Assembly: GCA_965216315.1 (NCBI GenBank)
Contig: CBDCFN010000016.1
Location: forward strand, 840,733-904,732
From: a bacterium
GTDB lineage: Bacteria; UBA10199; 2-02-FULL-50-16; JAJFLM01
Direction of reading: 5' to 3'
Length of the DNA stretch: 64,000 bases
A program made the position numbers and the translations under genes. Of this stretch, positions 20,714-31,636 are shown in pieces. The notes beneath the pieces are model-generated. The model was not told the DNA's origin, ran no database searches, and worked only from the letters and a program-made list of their open reading frames with translations. Positions within the stretch are counted from its first letter, which is position 1. The number at the start of each line of letters is the position of its first letter.

Positions 20714-21445
20714 ATGAAAGCGTCTCGATTGATTGTTAGTTTTGTCATTCTGGCTTTATTCGGAATTTCTCCAGCGAGTGCCGGTTGGGACTGGGGGAAG
20801 CTGAAAGATGTGGCTGAAGAAGCGATTCGGGGGAAAGGATCGCTCAGTAATCAGGAAGTCATTCGTGGGCTGAAACAAGCCCTGGAAATAGGAACGAAAA
20901 ATAGCACCAGCCGCGCCTCTCGGATCAATGGATACTATAAAAATCCGCGGATTCGAATCCCGTTTCCGCCGAGTGCACAAAAGGTCAAAAAGACGGCTGA
21001 GACGCTGGGGATGAAAAGTCAGGTTGATAAGTTTGTGATGACTTTAAATCGCGCGGCGGAAGAAGCGGCTAAGCAGGCGGCACCGATTTTCATCAATGCG
21101 ATCAAATCAATGACAATTGAAGATGGCTTTCAGATCTTAAATGGTGGCAATAACGCCGCCACTCAATTTCTTAAGCGCAAGACCTCACGCCCTTTGTACA
21201 ACAAATTTCAGCCGGTTGTAAAAAGTGCTATTAACCGGGTGGGTGTGACCAAGTATTGGAATCCGCTGGCGTCCCGTTATAATCAACTGCCCATGGTCAC
21301 CAAGGTCAATCCTGATCTCGATCGTTATGTGACCGAGCGTGCGCTGAAAGGACTATTCACTTTGATTGCCGCCGAAGAATTAAAGATACGCAAGGACCCG
21401 GCAGCACGAGTGACGGACTTGTTAAGGCGTGTGTTTGGCAGTTAA
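20714..21445 (+). CDS. DUF4197 family secreted protein
   Basis: GLKQAL, IPFP, LNRAAEEA, LDRYVT...EELKIRKDPAAR...LLRRVFG; signal peptide. Confidence 0.88.
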   Translation: MKASRLIVSFVILALFGISPASAGWDWGKLKDVAEEAIRGKGSLSNQEVIRGLKQALEIGTKNSTSRASRINGYYKNPRIRIPFPPSAQKVKKTAETLGMKSQVDKFVMTLNRAAEEAAKQAAPIFINAIKSMTIEDGFQILNGGNNAATQFLKRKTSRPLYNKFQPVVKSAINRVGVTKYWNPLASRYNQLPMVTKVNPDLDRYVTERALKGLFTLIAAEELKIRKDPAARVTDLLRRVFGS

Positions 21446-22158
21446 GGCCTGCATTTTACCGAAAAATCAACGTGATAGTGTTCATCATGTCGAACCCATG
21501 AGCGGCGCTTAGAAAAGCGGAGCTTATTTCTTAGTAAACCTCCATATTTGGTTGCAAATAAATAGGGTTGCAGCTGGGGATCAAAGATAACCCGTCGAAT
21601 GCCGATGCCATTTTTCTGTGCCGATTGATGCAAAGCCAATAAGTGAGCGCCGATGGCTTCAAAATCAATACGGTATTTTTTGAACTGTCCGGCGGCATCA
21701 AATTCAATTGCATAACCCAACTTATTAATGAGGCTAGTGGGCAAGGGCACGGATTGATTTTTTTGATTGATGACGGGCACCATAAAGTCAACCGATAAGC
21801 CGTTTTGATGAGTCTTGTGCGGCTTAAAAGGCCCACCATGTTCAAAGCCGGTTTCGCCATACATATAGACTGTATCAGGTCTTTGTTCGCTGAGCGCTTG
21901 GTAAGCCGAGGTGATAACCTGATAGACGGAGCTATGCACGTAGGTGCGCTGCAACCAGCCGCCGATCTGGCTGTAAGCGACAAAGTTTTCTCCCTGGGCC
22001 GGCAGTTGCCAGCCGTGTTCCAGGCGACCCTCACGCGTGGTTCCGTAACAAACACTCTTGGGCCGGGGTTTAGAATTCGGTGCTGTGGCAGTTACTGGGA
22101 TGGATACGAAGATGGACGTGATCAGCGCTATTTGTGTTAAAAATTGTTTCGTGTGCAT
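21442..22158 (-). CDS. Penicillin-insensitive murein endopeptidase (MepA-like)
   Basis: GGPFKPHKTHQNGLSVD and HDEHYHVDF zinc-binding motifs; signal peptide. Confidence 0.8.
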   Translation of the reverse strand: MHTKQFLTQIALITSIFVSIPVTATAPNSKPRPKSVCYGTTREGRLEHGWQLPAQGENFVAYSQIGGWLQRTYVHSSVYQVITSAYQALSEQRPDTVYMYGETGFEHGGPFKPHKTHQNGLSVDFMVPVINQKNQSVPLPTSLINKLGYAIEFDAAGQFKKYRIDFEAIGAHLLALHQSAQKNGIGIRRVIFDPQLQPYLFATKYGGLLRNKLRFSKRRSWVRHDEHYHVDFSVKCRP

Positions 22159-22302
22159 CGCTAGGCACGCTTTCTAACATCTTTGTTGCCAAGCGTCTCT
22201 GACTATTACGGTCCGCTGATTTCGTTTGGTCTCATTCTCGCGGTATAGTATGATCTCCCTCATGATTAGTTCTAACTACCTTGAATTATAGGAGATTTTA
22301 TT

Positions 22303-23376
22303 ATGGCCCCTGCAGCGACCCCTCAAGATATGGAAACAACTATGAATTTTGCCTTTAAGGTCGTCGGTGATCTGGCGGCGGCCATGTCGGGGCCGTTGAT
22401 TTATATCGGGGATCGCCTCGGGCTATTTAAGTTGATCGCTGAAGAGGGGCCTTTAACGGTCGACGAGCTGGCAAGTGAAAGCGGGTTGCAGCGCCGCTAT
22501 CTCAAGGAGTGGCTCTCGGCGATGGTCGCGTCGGAATACGTGACCTATAAGCCGAGTAATAAGACCTTTTTTCTCACGAGTTCTCAGGCGATGGTGTTTG
22601 CTAATGAAGAGAGCCCGGTATTTGTCCAGGGCTTTGCTCAAATGATCCCGGACCATTACGGGAAAATTCCCGGGATTATGCGCGTGATGAAGGAGGGCGG
22701 CGGTATCCCGTATTCGGAATATAGTCATGACACCTTTGAAGGAACGGAACGTTTCTTTAAGCCGGGATATCTGAATTTTCTCGTCCAAGAATGGTTGCCG
22801 GCGACGGGTTATGAAGAACGACTCAAGGCCGGCATCAAGGTCGGTGATGTCGGTTGCGGACGAGGCTGGGCGATCATTACAATGGCTAAGGCCTATCCCA
22901 ATTCGCAATTTGTTGGCTTTGATAATTATGGGCCCAATGTCGAAGCAGCACGCGCCAATGCAGAAGCAGCAGGTGTGTCGGCAAACGTCAGTTTTGAGGA
23001 ATGCGATTCAACGGAACTGCCACAGACGGGCGATTTCACCCTCATGACGAACTTTGACAGTTTACATGATATGACCGACCCGGAAGCGTGTGCGCGATCC
23101 GTTTATGGGACGCTCCAAGATGGAGGCGCGTGGATGGTCGTAGAACCTAATGTGCAGGATAACTTGGAAGATAACATTAATCCGTTGGCACGGGCCTTCT
23201 ATTCCGTAAGCATGCTGCAATGCATGACCTGCTCATTAGCCAATGATGGTGCCGGCTACGGAGCTTGCATGGGGCCCGCCAAGCTCAAGGAAATCGCTGA
23301 GCAGGCGACATTTAAGAGTCACGAGCGCTTACCGATTGATAACCCGTTCAATGCAATATCGTTGTCGACTAAGTAG
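22303..23376 (+). CDS. SAM-dependent methyltransferase with N-terminal wHTH
   Basis: DVGCGRG, FDSLHDM, RYLKEWL; AGGAG RBS. Confidence 0.88.
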   Translation: MAPAATPQDMETTMNFAFKVVGDLAAAMSGPLIYIGDRLGLFKLIAEEGPLTVDELASESGLQRRYLKEWLSAMVASEYVTYKPSNKTFFLTSSQAMVFANEESPVFVQGFAQMIPDHYGKIPGIMRVMKEGGGIPYSEYSHDTFEGTERFFKPGYLNFLVQEWLPATGYEERLKAGIKVGDVGCGRGWAIITMAKAYPNSQFVGFDNYGPNVEAARANAEAAGVSANVSFEECDSTELPQTGDFTLMTNFDSLHDMTDPEACARSVYGTLQDGGAWMVVEPNVQDNLEDNINPLARAFYSVSMLQCMTCSLANDGAGYGACMGPAKLKEIAEQATFKSHERLPIDNPFNAISLSTK

Positions 23377-23451
23377 AGCCGCGGGTAAGCCGTATTTATA
23401 TCTTAATTTGTTTCCTAGACAGAGTTAGGGAGGCAGAGTAGCCTAGTCGGT

Positions 23452-24096
23452 ATGTCGCAAGCATCTGTTTCTGGCAAAGGTCAAGCCCTGACACGGCTCG
23501 AACAGAAGGCGCAGACACGGCGTACGCTCGTGCAAGCTGCCCTGCGTTTAAGCGGACAGGTTGGTTTTGCGGGTATCAGCTTGCGAGAGGTAACGCGTGA
23601 AGCCGGAGTAGCTCCCGCGACTTTTTATCGCCACTTTGCTGATATGGATGAGCTCGGTCTGGCTTTGATCGATGAGGTCGGTCTTTCATTACGCCAGATG
23701 ATGCGTCAGGCGCGGCAACGAATTGGACGGCAGGGGAGCTTGACTCAGACTTCAATCGACGTGTTCATGGAGTTTCTCGATACCAACGGGAATTTGTTTC
23801 GTTTGCTGTTAGGGGAACGTTCGGGGAGCTCCGCGGCATTTCGGGCCGCACTTCGCGCTGAAATGAATCGATTTATTCATGAGTTGAGTGAAGACCTTGA
23901 GCGGCAGGCTCAGGCCATGGAGCGCCCCCTTGTCGATCCGGAGCTGACGGCAGAGGCGATTGTCGCGGTCGTTTTCACGGTCGGGGCGGAGGCCCTCGAT
24001 CTCTCGGAGCCGGGCCGTAAGCAACTAGCCGATCGCCTGGTCAAAGAAATTCGCATCATTCTGCGTGGTGCTGAATCTCTCGCTCGGGCTAAATAA
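23452..24096 (+). CDS. fabR: TetR-family regulator (FabR-like)
   Basis: SLREVTREAGVAPATFYRHF, DELGLALIDEVGLSLRQMMRQARQR, LLGERSGSS. Confidence 0.8.
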   Translation: MSQASVSGKGQALTRLEQKAQTRRTLVQAALRLSGQVGFAGISLREVTREAGVAPATFYRHFADMDELGLALIDEVGLSLRQMMRQARQRIGRQGSLTQTSIDVFMEFLDTNGNLFRLLLGERSGSSAAFRAALRAEMNRFIHELSEDLERQAQAMERPLVDPELTAEAIVAVVFTVGAEALDLSEPGRKQLADRLVKEIRIILRGAESLARAK

Positions 24097-24118
24097 ATTC
24101 CTATCACGATGGGGGATT

Positions 24119-24184
24119 GTTAAGGGGGAGAGAGATTTTCTCCCCCTTAACTAAAGCAGGCGGGAAGCTGCGCTTTTTGCCTGC
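24119..24184. terminator. Two adjacent 13-bp hairpins between convergent fabR and tRNA-Leu
   Basis: GTTAAGGGGGAGA/TCTCCCCCTTAAC (perfect) and GCAGGCGGGAAGC/GCTTTTTGCCTGC (with G-U pairs). Confidence 0.5.
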
Positions 24185-24191
24185 GTAATAG

Positions 24192-24275
24192 TGCCCGGGA
24201 ATGGACTCGAACCATCACAGGGTTGCCCCCACATGAACCTGAATCATGCGCGTCTACCAATTCCGCCACCCGGGC
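24192..24275 (-). tRNA. tRNA-Leu (anticodon CAG)
   Basis: Reverse complement GCCCGGGTGGCGGAATTGGTAGACGCG-CATGA-TTCAGGT-TCATG...GGTTCGAGTCC...CCCGGGCA; long variable arm; CCA not encoded. Confidence 0.95.
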
Positions 24276-24400
24276 GAGGCGTCGTTCGTAGCCCATCCAC
24301 CGGGACGCCTGCAAGGCAAATCCGATTATAACGCAAGTTGCTTATATTATTAAATAATTTACTACCACCTCAGCGCGATTTTTAATACAATGCCCTCTTC

Positions 24401-27400
24401 ATGTCGCCGATTATCGCCTTTTTCATCAAGCACAGACGCGTCACGCACATGTTGGTTGTTCTGGTCCTCTTCGCCGGGCTCTTTTCGATGTCTCGGGTTC
24501 AGCGCCAAAAATTTCCCTCGTTTGCGTTGGATATCCTGAAAATTTCGGTCGTTTACCCGGGGGCCAGCCCCGAGGATATCGAAGTGAATGTTGTCGACCC
24601 GATTGAAGACGAACTGATCGAGGTTGAGGACATTGATGAGATCAAAAGTATCTCGATGGAAAATTTTGCAATGATCATGATCTATATTGATCCTGATGCT
24701 GCCGATATTCAGGAGGTCAAGGCGGATGTGCGGGCGGCAATCGATCGTGTTTCAGGGCTTCCGGATAGGGCAGAGACTCCGCAAATAGAGGAATTGCGCT
24801 CATCAAGTGTGCCGACACTGGAACTTGCATTGACAGGGACAGCTCCAGAACGGGTGTTGCGGGAATTCGCGCATGACCTTGAAATTGACATCAAAAATAT
24901 TTCCGGTGTGGGGAGCATCGAGAAGGTCGGATATAGAAAGCGGGAAGTCCATATCTCTGTCGACCATGATAAACTTGAAGAAATGCATGTTTCATTGAAT
25001 GAAGTGATGCATGCGGTTCGGGCGCGCAACGTCCGTCAGGCAGGCGGGACATTGCAATCTTACGTCTCCGAGGCCGACATTGTGACATTTTCCGAATACG
25101 AGGATCCGCTTGATGTAGCTGATGTAATCATTCGATCGACTTTTACCGGAGAACACGTTCGTATCTCTGATATTGCTGATGTGGGAGAGACATTCGAAGA
25201 TCATGAGATTATCACGCGTGCCAATGGGGATAGCGCCATATCGTTGATCATTAGGCCGCAAGAGCATGCGGATATTATCACGCTTTCAGAGAATATTATG
25301 GAGCGCGTCAGTCAGTTTCGGCGTCGGCTTCCGGCGCATATTAAAGTAGAGCCGCTTTATGATATCTCAAAATACACCGGCAGTTTGCTGAAGATCGTTT
25401 CATACAATGCCTTGATAGGGTTTTGTTTGGTTCTTTTTGTGTTGGCGTTTTTTCTTGATCTGCATACCGCATTTGGACGGCTTTTGGCCTGCCCGTTACC
25501 ATTTTAGGATCATTTATCCTCTTTTTGCCTATGGGAATCACTTTAAACGTCATCAGTTTGTCTGCTCTGATTCTTGTCTTAGGGATCATGGTCGATGACG
25601 CTATTATCATTGCTGAAAATGTCCACCGTTATAAGGAGAAGGGGATGGCGCCCGTGGCTGCGACGGTGGAAGGAGTTAGCAATGTCTTGGCGCCTATTGC
25701 TGCATCAACTCTGACAACGATGTTTGCGTTTATGCCCATGCTGTTTATAGGTGGCATTTCCGGCAAACTTCTTTGGACCGTTCCTGTCGTTGTTATCATT
25801 GTTATATTGGCTTCTTTAGTAGAATCGAGCTTGTTGCTGCCCTGCCATATTGCCTATACCGACGTTTCAAAGATAAATCCTTTGAGAACCCGTTGGTTGA
25901 GGCCGATCATTTGTCTTTATCGCTGGATTATTCGGCTATGCCTTCGCTTTAGGAAGAGCGTATTATTCCTGTTGATCGCTTTTTCCTTATGCGTCTTCTG
26001 GCAAGCGAAAGAAAAATTACAGACGGTTCTGTTTCCCCAAGAAGATCCAAATATATTCTTTATTGTCATTGAAACGCCTCGAAATACACCGTTGGAAACA
26101 ACATCTCGCAAAATCGTCGAAATAGAAAAAATTGTTGATGAAGTCGTTCCGGCACGGGCGAGGCAAAGTGTTGTCACTCGTATTGGCCATCATGATACAG
26201 ATGTTTATGGTGACAGCCTAGGTCGCTATGATAATTGGGCATTGCTTAGCGTGTATCTGCACCCCTCGGAAGAACGAGATGTCCTGTCTGAAGATCTGAT
26301 GGAGAAGCTTGAAAAACGCTTTGAAGGGCTAGCGGGATATGAGCGCTTGAGCGTTATTGCTCAGGATGACAGCCCGCCGGTAGGGAAGCCGATTACCGTT
26401 ATTTATTCGTCATATCATGACGATACCCGCAATAAATTGGAGCAGCAAACTATCGAGTTCCTCAAGGGCCTCGATGGTGTGTTTGCCATTCAGACCAGTA
26501 ATGTGGAAGGGAAAAATGAGCTGCGGTTATTGCTTGATCATGAGCAGATGGCCCGCTTTGGGATTACGGCGATGCAAGTCGCTCAGACTGTAAGGGCAGC
26601 ATTTGAAGGCGAGGTTGTGACGTCTATCCGACGCGAGGGCGAAGAGATTGATTTCCGAGTTCGTTTGCAGAATCCAGCAAAATATCGTGCCGAAGGGATC
26701 CGCAGTTTGCTTATTGCAAACAATCAAGGGGATTTGGTGCAACTTGGCAGCTTTGCTCGCTTAGGCCCGGCTCGTGGTGCCGCCGCGCTACACCATTATG
26801 ATGGAGACCGATCTGTGACCATTACGGCAGAAGTCGACCCGCGTAAAATTACGTCTATGCAGGCAAGCGACTTGATTCGAGACAAATTTGAGCCGCTTCT
26901 GTTGCAATATTGGGGGGTCACGATGGAAGTGACAGGGGAGGCGAAACAAACACGTGAGAATATGAAGGACTTTTTGTGGGCCATGCTCATTGCATTGGTT
27001 GCAATCTATATTCTTTTAGTTGTTGTCTTTGATTCTTATGCCCAGCCGTTTATGGTGATGTCGGTGATTCCCTATGCCGTTGTCGGGGTTCTCCTGACTC
27101 TATTGATGCATGGCCTCCCGATGAGCTTTGTTGCGACTGTTGGCTTGCTTGGTTTGTTCGGCGTGGTCGTTAATGATACGATTGTCATGACAGCTAGAAT
27201 TAACGAGTTTTGTGCAATTAAAGGCAAGACGCTTGATGCCGTCGCGGAAGGGGCGGCAAGTCGTTTTCGGGCGGTGGTTCTTACGTCCGTGACGACATTT
27301 GTTGCCTTGATACCGACGGCCTACGGAATTGGCGGCAAGCTTCATTTTGTCAGGCCGATGATACTCGTTCTGGCATGGGGGATCGCATTTGCGACCATAA

Positions 27401-27456
27401 TTTCGCTCGTGATGATTCCCACGCTTTATGCGCTATTGGAGCGGATTCGGAAGTAG
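24401..27456 (+). pseudogene. AcrB/RND-family efflux permease split by a 1-nt frameshift (possibly a sequencing error)
   Basis: YPGASPEDIE, GIMVDDAIIIAEN, GVVVNDTIV, RFRAVVLTS; adding one T at ~25472-25474 restores HTAFWTAFGLPVTILG and joins the two ORFs. Confidence 0.8.
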
Positions 27457-27464
27457 CGTCTTCG

Positions 27465-28055
27465 TCAGGAGGATGATGCGTAGAAGGGTTGGGTTCCTGA
27501 TGCATGATCCGTTTCATCGACAACGGCGACGATCTCGGGAATGGCCTCTTTAATCCTGGTTTCAATACCTTGCTTCAAGGTAACGGCAGCCATGCCACAG
27601 CCCTGACAGCCCCCACCCATAAGCAAATAGACTATATTATCCTTGACCGCGACGAGACGTGCGAAGCCACCATGGGCGGCGATGCCTGGATTGATTTCAT
27701 TGACGAGGATGTCATGGACTTTTTTGACTAATGGGTCAGAAAGATCAATCTCAACCCCTTCTGCGATTGGACTGGTTGCCTTAGGCTCAATTTTGAATCC
27801 CGTCGAGAGTTCGGACTCAATGAAATCGACGGTGGCTTCATTAAGTTGGCCGGCCGAGACTTCGTCGATGAGGATCTTGACTTCACCCACATCGATGATG
27901 ACATCAGACTCCTGTGCCTTGCTTAGCTCAGTAATCGAGAAGGCATAGTCATTCTTGGTCCGCAGCATGATACGTATGCCCCATTCATTGCGATCACGGT
28001 CTTTAAGGTAGAAAAGCATCTTTTCGAGGGCAATATCAGTAACATTTAAATCCAT
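27465..28055 (-). CDS. nfuA: Fe-S biogenesis protein NfuA
   Basis: Degenerate A-type carrier N-domain plus INPGIAAHGG...GGGCQGC...DETDHASG. Confidence 0.9.
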   Translation of the reverse strand: MDLNVTDIALEKMLFYLKDRDRNEWGIRIMLRTKNDYAFSITELSKAQESDVIIDVGEVKILIDEVSAGQLNEATVDFIESELSTGFKIEPKATSPIAEGVEIDLSDPLVKKVHDILVNEINPGIAAHGGFARLVAVKDNIVYLLMGGGCQGCGMAAVTLKQGIETRIKEAIPEIVAVVDETDHASGTQPFYASSS

Positions 28056-28171
28056 TAATAATCCTTTAGTATGGGTTCTTCGCGGAACCAATTATGACCT
28101 GTACTCCTGAAAGTCTATGTTGTAGAGAGCCGGGTGTCAACTGGCTGATTTTCAATGTATCTGGAATAGTT

Positions 28172-29020
28172 ATGCATTTTGCCTCTGATGAAACATATGC
28201 TCACCCACCGTACTTGCAGATCACTCTCGATCAGTTTCAATTAATTGGTCGCAGTATTGCCGGCATCGAGACGGTGCTCTGTATTCCGCAATGGAACCTT
28301 TGCTTTGATGCCGGGCGGAGTCCGGATTTTGCTTTTGCTCAAAATTATTTGGCACTGACGCATTGGCATTTGGATCATGCAGGAGGCATTGCCTATTATC
28401 TGGGGCTCCGCCATCTCAATGGCCTCGAGCCACTTAATATCATCATGCCGCGAGCCAAGATCGATCAGGCCGCCGAATATCTTCACCGTTTGAGACAGCT
28501 GAGTGAGAGCGAGCTCGATTACCAATTATGTGCGGCCGAAGAGGATTTGCCTCTTCCGCATCATAGGGTGCTGAAGGGGACTGAAAATTTTCACTGCACT
28601 CCGAGCACGGGCTATTTAGTCGAGCTGACGAAACATCATCTTAAAGAGGAATTTCAAGGGAAGTCGGCTGATGAAATTGTCTCGGCCAAGCAAAACGGTA
28701 TTGCTGTTGAAGACGAAGTTTCTGAGCTGGTGTTGGCGGTTTCAGGCGACAGTAAGGGAGAGTTTCTGGAGACGGAAGCCGTTAAGGCCAAGCATCTGAT
28801 TATGGAGTGCTCTTTTTTTGGAGATACGAGCAATTATGAAAAAATTCGTGCCTATGGGCACACGCATATTGCTGATTGGAAACGATATGCGGATAAAATA
28901 GCAAGCCCGCATGTCATCATGTCACATACCTCGCAACGCTATTCAAGGCAGGAGATTGAAGCGTCTTGTCGTAAATATCTTCCCAAAGACTTGCAGGATC
29001 GCCTGATTGTCCTTAGGTGA
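28172..29020 (+). CDS. MBL-fold metallohydrolase, RNase Z-like
   Basis: FDAG, THWHLDH, SGD, MECSF, GHTH, HTSQRY. Confidence 0.8.
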   Translation: MHFASDETYAHPPYLQITLDQFQLIGRSIAGIETVLCIPQWNLCFDAGRSPDFAFAQNYLALTHWHLDHAGGIAYYLGLRHLNGLEPLNIIMPRAKIDQAAEYLHRLRQLSESELDYQLCAAEEDLPLPHHRVLKGTENFHCTPSTGYLVELTKHHLKEEFQGKSADEIVSAKQNGIAVEDEVSELVLAVSGDSKGEFLETEAVKAKHLIMECSFFGDTSNYEKIRAYGHTHIADWKRYADKIASPHVIMSHTSQRYSRQEIEASCRKYLPKDLQDRLIVLR

Positions 29021-29026
29021 TTGCGT

Positions 29027-30205
29027 CTAGATCGTCCATAAGTTCTGCCGACGCAGGGCGTCGACCGCTTCAGTCAGACCGCTGACGCTGAGTGGAAACA
29101 TTTTAAATATCTTGCCGATTTCATCAATCGTGGGGTGGTGCCAATAATGTTCCGGTTCGGGATTGAGCCAGACTGAGAGTGGATAATGCTGATGGAGGCG
29201 TTTGAGCCATTCAATGCCCGGAGTATCCTCATGAGACCAATAGTCGATGTTGCCGCCGGCAAAGAAGAGTTCGTAGGGATTCATGCAGGCGTCCCCAACG
29301 ATGATCACGTAATGTGTTTTGCGGTAGCGGCGAAATAACTCATCAACGGAAATGGCGTTACGCCGATATATGTCGGTATAGACCGAAGAATAAATGCAGT
29401 TATGGAAATAGTAGGAGTGAAAGGCTTTAAAATGGTTGGATGCATGGGCTGCGGAAAATAGAGCTTCGGCCATATGGGCATACATATCCATGCTACCGCC
29501 GGCATCCATCAGAAGAAGTAGCTCTGTTTGGTTCTTGCGAGGTGGGGCAAAGACGAGCTCGATGTCGCCGGCATTACGGCAGGTCTTGTCGATGGTGGCC
29601 TCCATTTGCAGTTCTTCCGGAAGGCCGATACGATCGAGCTTGCGCAACCGTTTGAGAGCCACCTTTAACTGCCGTGTATCGAGGATGCGATCATTGCGGT
29701 AGTTTTTAAAACGCCTTTCTTCAGCTACTTGGACGGCGGAACGCCCGCCACCAGGCCCTCCAATGCGGATTCCGGAAGGGTGGGCCCCTGAATGTCCAAA
29801 AGGTGACGTTCCTCCCGTGCCAATCCAATGGTTGCCGCCATGGTGTTCTTCCAGCTGCTCTTTAAGCCGCTCGAGAAAACGGCGGCGCAATTCTTCCAGG
29901 TCTAGCTTTTCCAGACCGGGAGGTAATTGCGGACGCTGAGCCGGGTCGACCATGCGATTGAGCCAATCTAACAACTCTTCCTTGATGTTAATGGATTCTT
30001 CGCCCTTGAAGCAGACGAGAAAAGCCTGGTCGAAGGCATCGTAGAGCGCTTCCGACTTCACGAGGATAGCGCGCGCTAAGTAATAAAACCGGGTAAGCGA
30101 GGATGCGGCCAAGTCCTGGCTCAGGGCCTCCATAAGAGTGACCCATTCTTGGGTGCCGACGGGAATCTTATGGGCGCGGAGGGTATATAAGAAGGGGATA
30201 AACAT
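29027..30205 (-). CDS. VWA-domain CoxE-like protein
   Basis: WIGTGGTSPFGHSG, LLMDAGGSM MIDAS, YYFHNC, VGDACM, WLNP. Confidence 0.88.
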   Translation of the reverse strand: MFIPFLYTLRAHKIPVGTQEWVTLMEALSQDLAASSLTRFYYLARAILVKSEALYDAFDQAFLVCFKGEESINIKEELLDWLNRMVDPAQRPQLPPGLEKLDLEELRRRFLERLKEQLEEHHGGNHWIGTGGTSPFGHSGAHPSGIRIGGPGGGRSAVQVAEERRFKNYRNDRILDTRQLKVALKRLRKLDRIGLPEELQMEATIDKTCRNAGDIELVFAPPRKNQTELLLLMDAGGSMDMYAHMAEALFSAAHASNHFKAFHSYYFHNCIYSSVYTDIYRRNAISVDELFRRYRKTHYVIIVGDACMNPYELFFAGGNIDYWSHEDTPGIEWLKRLHQHYPLSVWLNPEPEHYWHHPTIDEIGKIFKMFPLSVSGLTEAVDALRRQNLWTI

Positions 30206-30238
30206 TTATAGTTACTCGAACCACCCGGCGTCCAATCG

Positions 30239-31039
30239 TTATGATACATTCGGTAAGTCTTGTTCATTTTTAAGTAAGCAGCCGAGCAAAGGGGTGTCCG
30301 CGATGCCCTTGGCATCGACTCCCATGGCAATGAGGGCATGGAGCCAGTCAATGAGTTCCGACGTCGAAGGCGGTTTGCGTAGCTTATTCCAGCTGCGGAT
30401 TTGATAAAATTTTTCCACGGCGGCTGCCATCAGTTTTTTGTCAATGTCAGGAAAGTGAACCTTGATGATACGACCCATCAGCTCCATGTCAGGGAATTCA
30501 ATAAAATGAAAGACGCAGCGACGCAGAAAGGCGTCGGGTAATTCTTTTTCCGAATTAGAAGTAATAACGACCATCGGCCGCTGTTTGGCTTCAATGTGGG
30601 TATCCGTCTCCGGAATATGAAAGCGCATTTCATCGAGTTCCGCGAGGAGGTCGTTCGGGAACTCGAGATCCGCTTTATCAATTTCATCGATGAGGAGGAC
30701 GACCGGTTCATCCGCGACAAACGCCTCACCGAGCTTTCCGAGTTTTATGTAATGTTTGATGTCCGCGACATCCCCGTCGCCAAAGCGGCTGTCATTGAGA
30801 CGCTGGACGGTATCGTAGATATAGAGCCCATCAATCGCCTTGGTCGTCGACTTGATGTTCCAGCGGATCAGCGGGCGGCCGACGGCCTCTGCAATCGAGG
30901 CGGCCAACAGTGTTTTTCCGGTCCCCGGTTCGCCTTTGAGGAGCAGGGGACGCTCAATGGCCAGTGAGACGTTGACGACCTCCTGGAGGGCGTCCGAGGC
31001 GACGTAATTATTGGTTCCGGTGTAAATATCTTTTGCCAT
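30239..31039 (-). CDS. MoxR/CoxD-family AAA+ ATPase
   Basis: GEPGTGKT, LLIDEIDKAD, ITSNSEKELPDAFLRRC. Confidence 0.92.
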   Translation of the reverse strand: MAKDIYTGTNNYVASDALQEVVNVSLAIERPLLLKGEPGTGKTLLAASIAEAVGRPLIRWNIKSTTKAIDGLYIYDTVQRLNDSRFGDGDVADIKHYIKLGKLGEAFVADEPVVLLIDEIDKADLEFPNDLLAELDEMRFHIPETDTHIEAKQRPMVVITSNSEKELPDAFLRRCVFHFIEFPDMELMGRIIKVHFPDIDKKLMAAAVEKFYQIRSWNKLRKPPSTSELIDWLHALIAMGVDAKGIADTPLLGCLLKNEQDLPNVS

Positions 31040-31091
31040 GGGGGATTAGACTTAGCGAATTATGGGCGCTGGATCAAGTTGCATGGGGACA

Positions 31092-31116
31092 CAACTTTTA
31101 AACGCCGGCGCCGATA
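31092..31116 (+). promoter_or_regulatory. Putative sigma-28-like promoter CAAC-N15-CCGATA
   Basis: Exact motif (GCCGATAG) a few nt before an orphan ORF. Confidence 0.7.
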
Positions 31117-31123
31117 GGTTGGC

Positions 31124-31588
31124 ATGCCCTATATGGCCCATATTCCCCTCATGCAGGGTCTCAGCATCAGTTACGTCGAGGCATTGATGTTTCAGCGTCA
31201 AGCCTATACGGCGGCGGCGCAGGCTAAACTGGGGCCTTTTCTGACGGCCGCCGGCAGTACGCTGGAGCGATTCCAGCGTGATGTCATTCAGGCTCCGGGG
31301 GCTATTTTGATGAAAAAAAGCGATTTGGAGGCGATGACGGCGTTTACGGTTATGACCGCAACACCAGCTGATTTATATGCTTGGAGTGATAGTCTCGGTT
31401 GTGACTGGCTGGCGCAGATTCATTTGAATGCGAGTTTTCACTCCACGGCCCACTATGCGCGCGCCTTTAACGAACGCCATCGATCCGCTGATTTTCATAT
31501 CGCTGAGCCGGAATATTTTCCGTGGATTGATTTTTCGCTACAATTATCGCCGTCAATATTGGTGGGTATCGACGCGGGCCTGCATTAA
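31124..31588 (+). CDS. Orphan hypothetical protein
   Basis: 154-aa ORF (alternative start 31133) behind the motif; no signal peptide. Confidence 0.65.
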   Translation: MPYMAHIPLMQGLSISYVEALMFQRQAYTAAAQAKLGPFLTAAGSTLERFQRDVIQAPGAILMKKSDLEAMTAFTVMTATPADLYAWSDSLGCDWLAQIHLNASFHSTAHYARAFNERHRSADFHIAEPEYFPWIDFSLQLSPSILVGIDAGLH

Positions 31589-31636
31589 GGCCTCACTAAA
31601 AAAATAAATAATTACAATTAGTTAATGTGTTTTAAG

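Noticed and set aside
24192-27456. tRNA-Leu as a genomic island or prophage integration site
   Set aside because: No integrase, no duplicated tRNA 3' end and no phage genes in the window
29027-31039. MoxR-VWA pair as a novel system or sign of CO dehydrogenase
   Set aside because: Well-known chaperone pair; no coxLMS genes nearby
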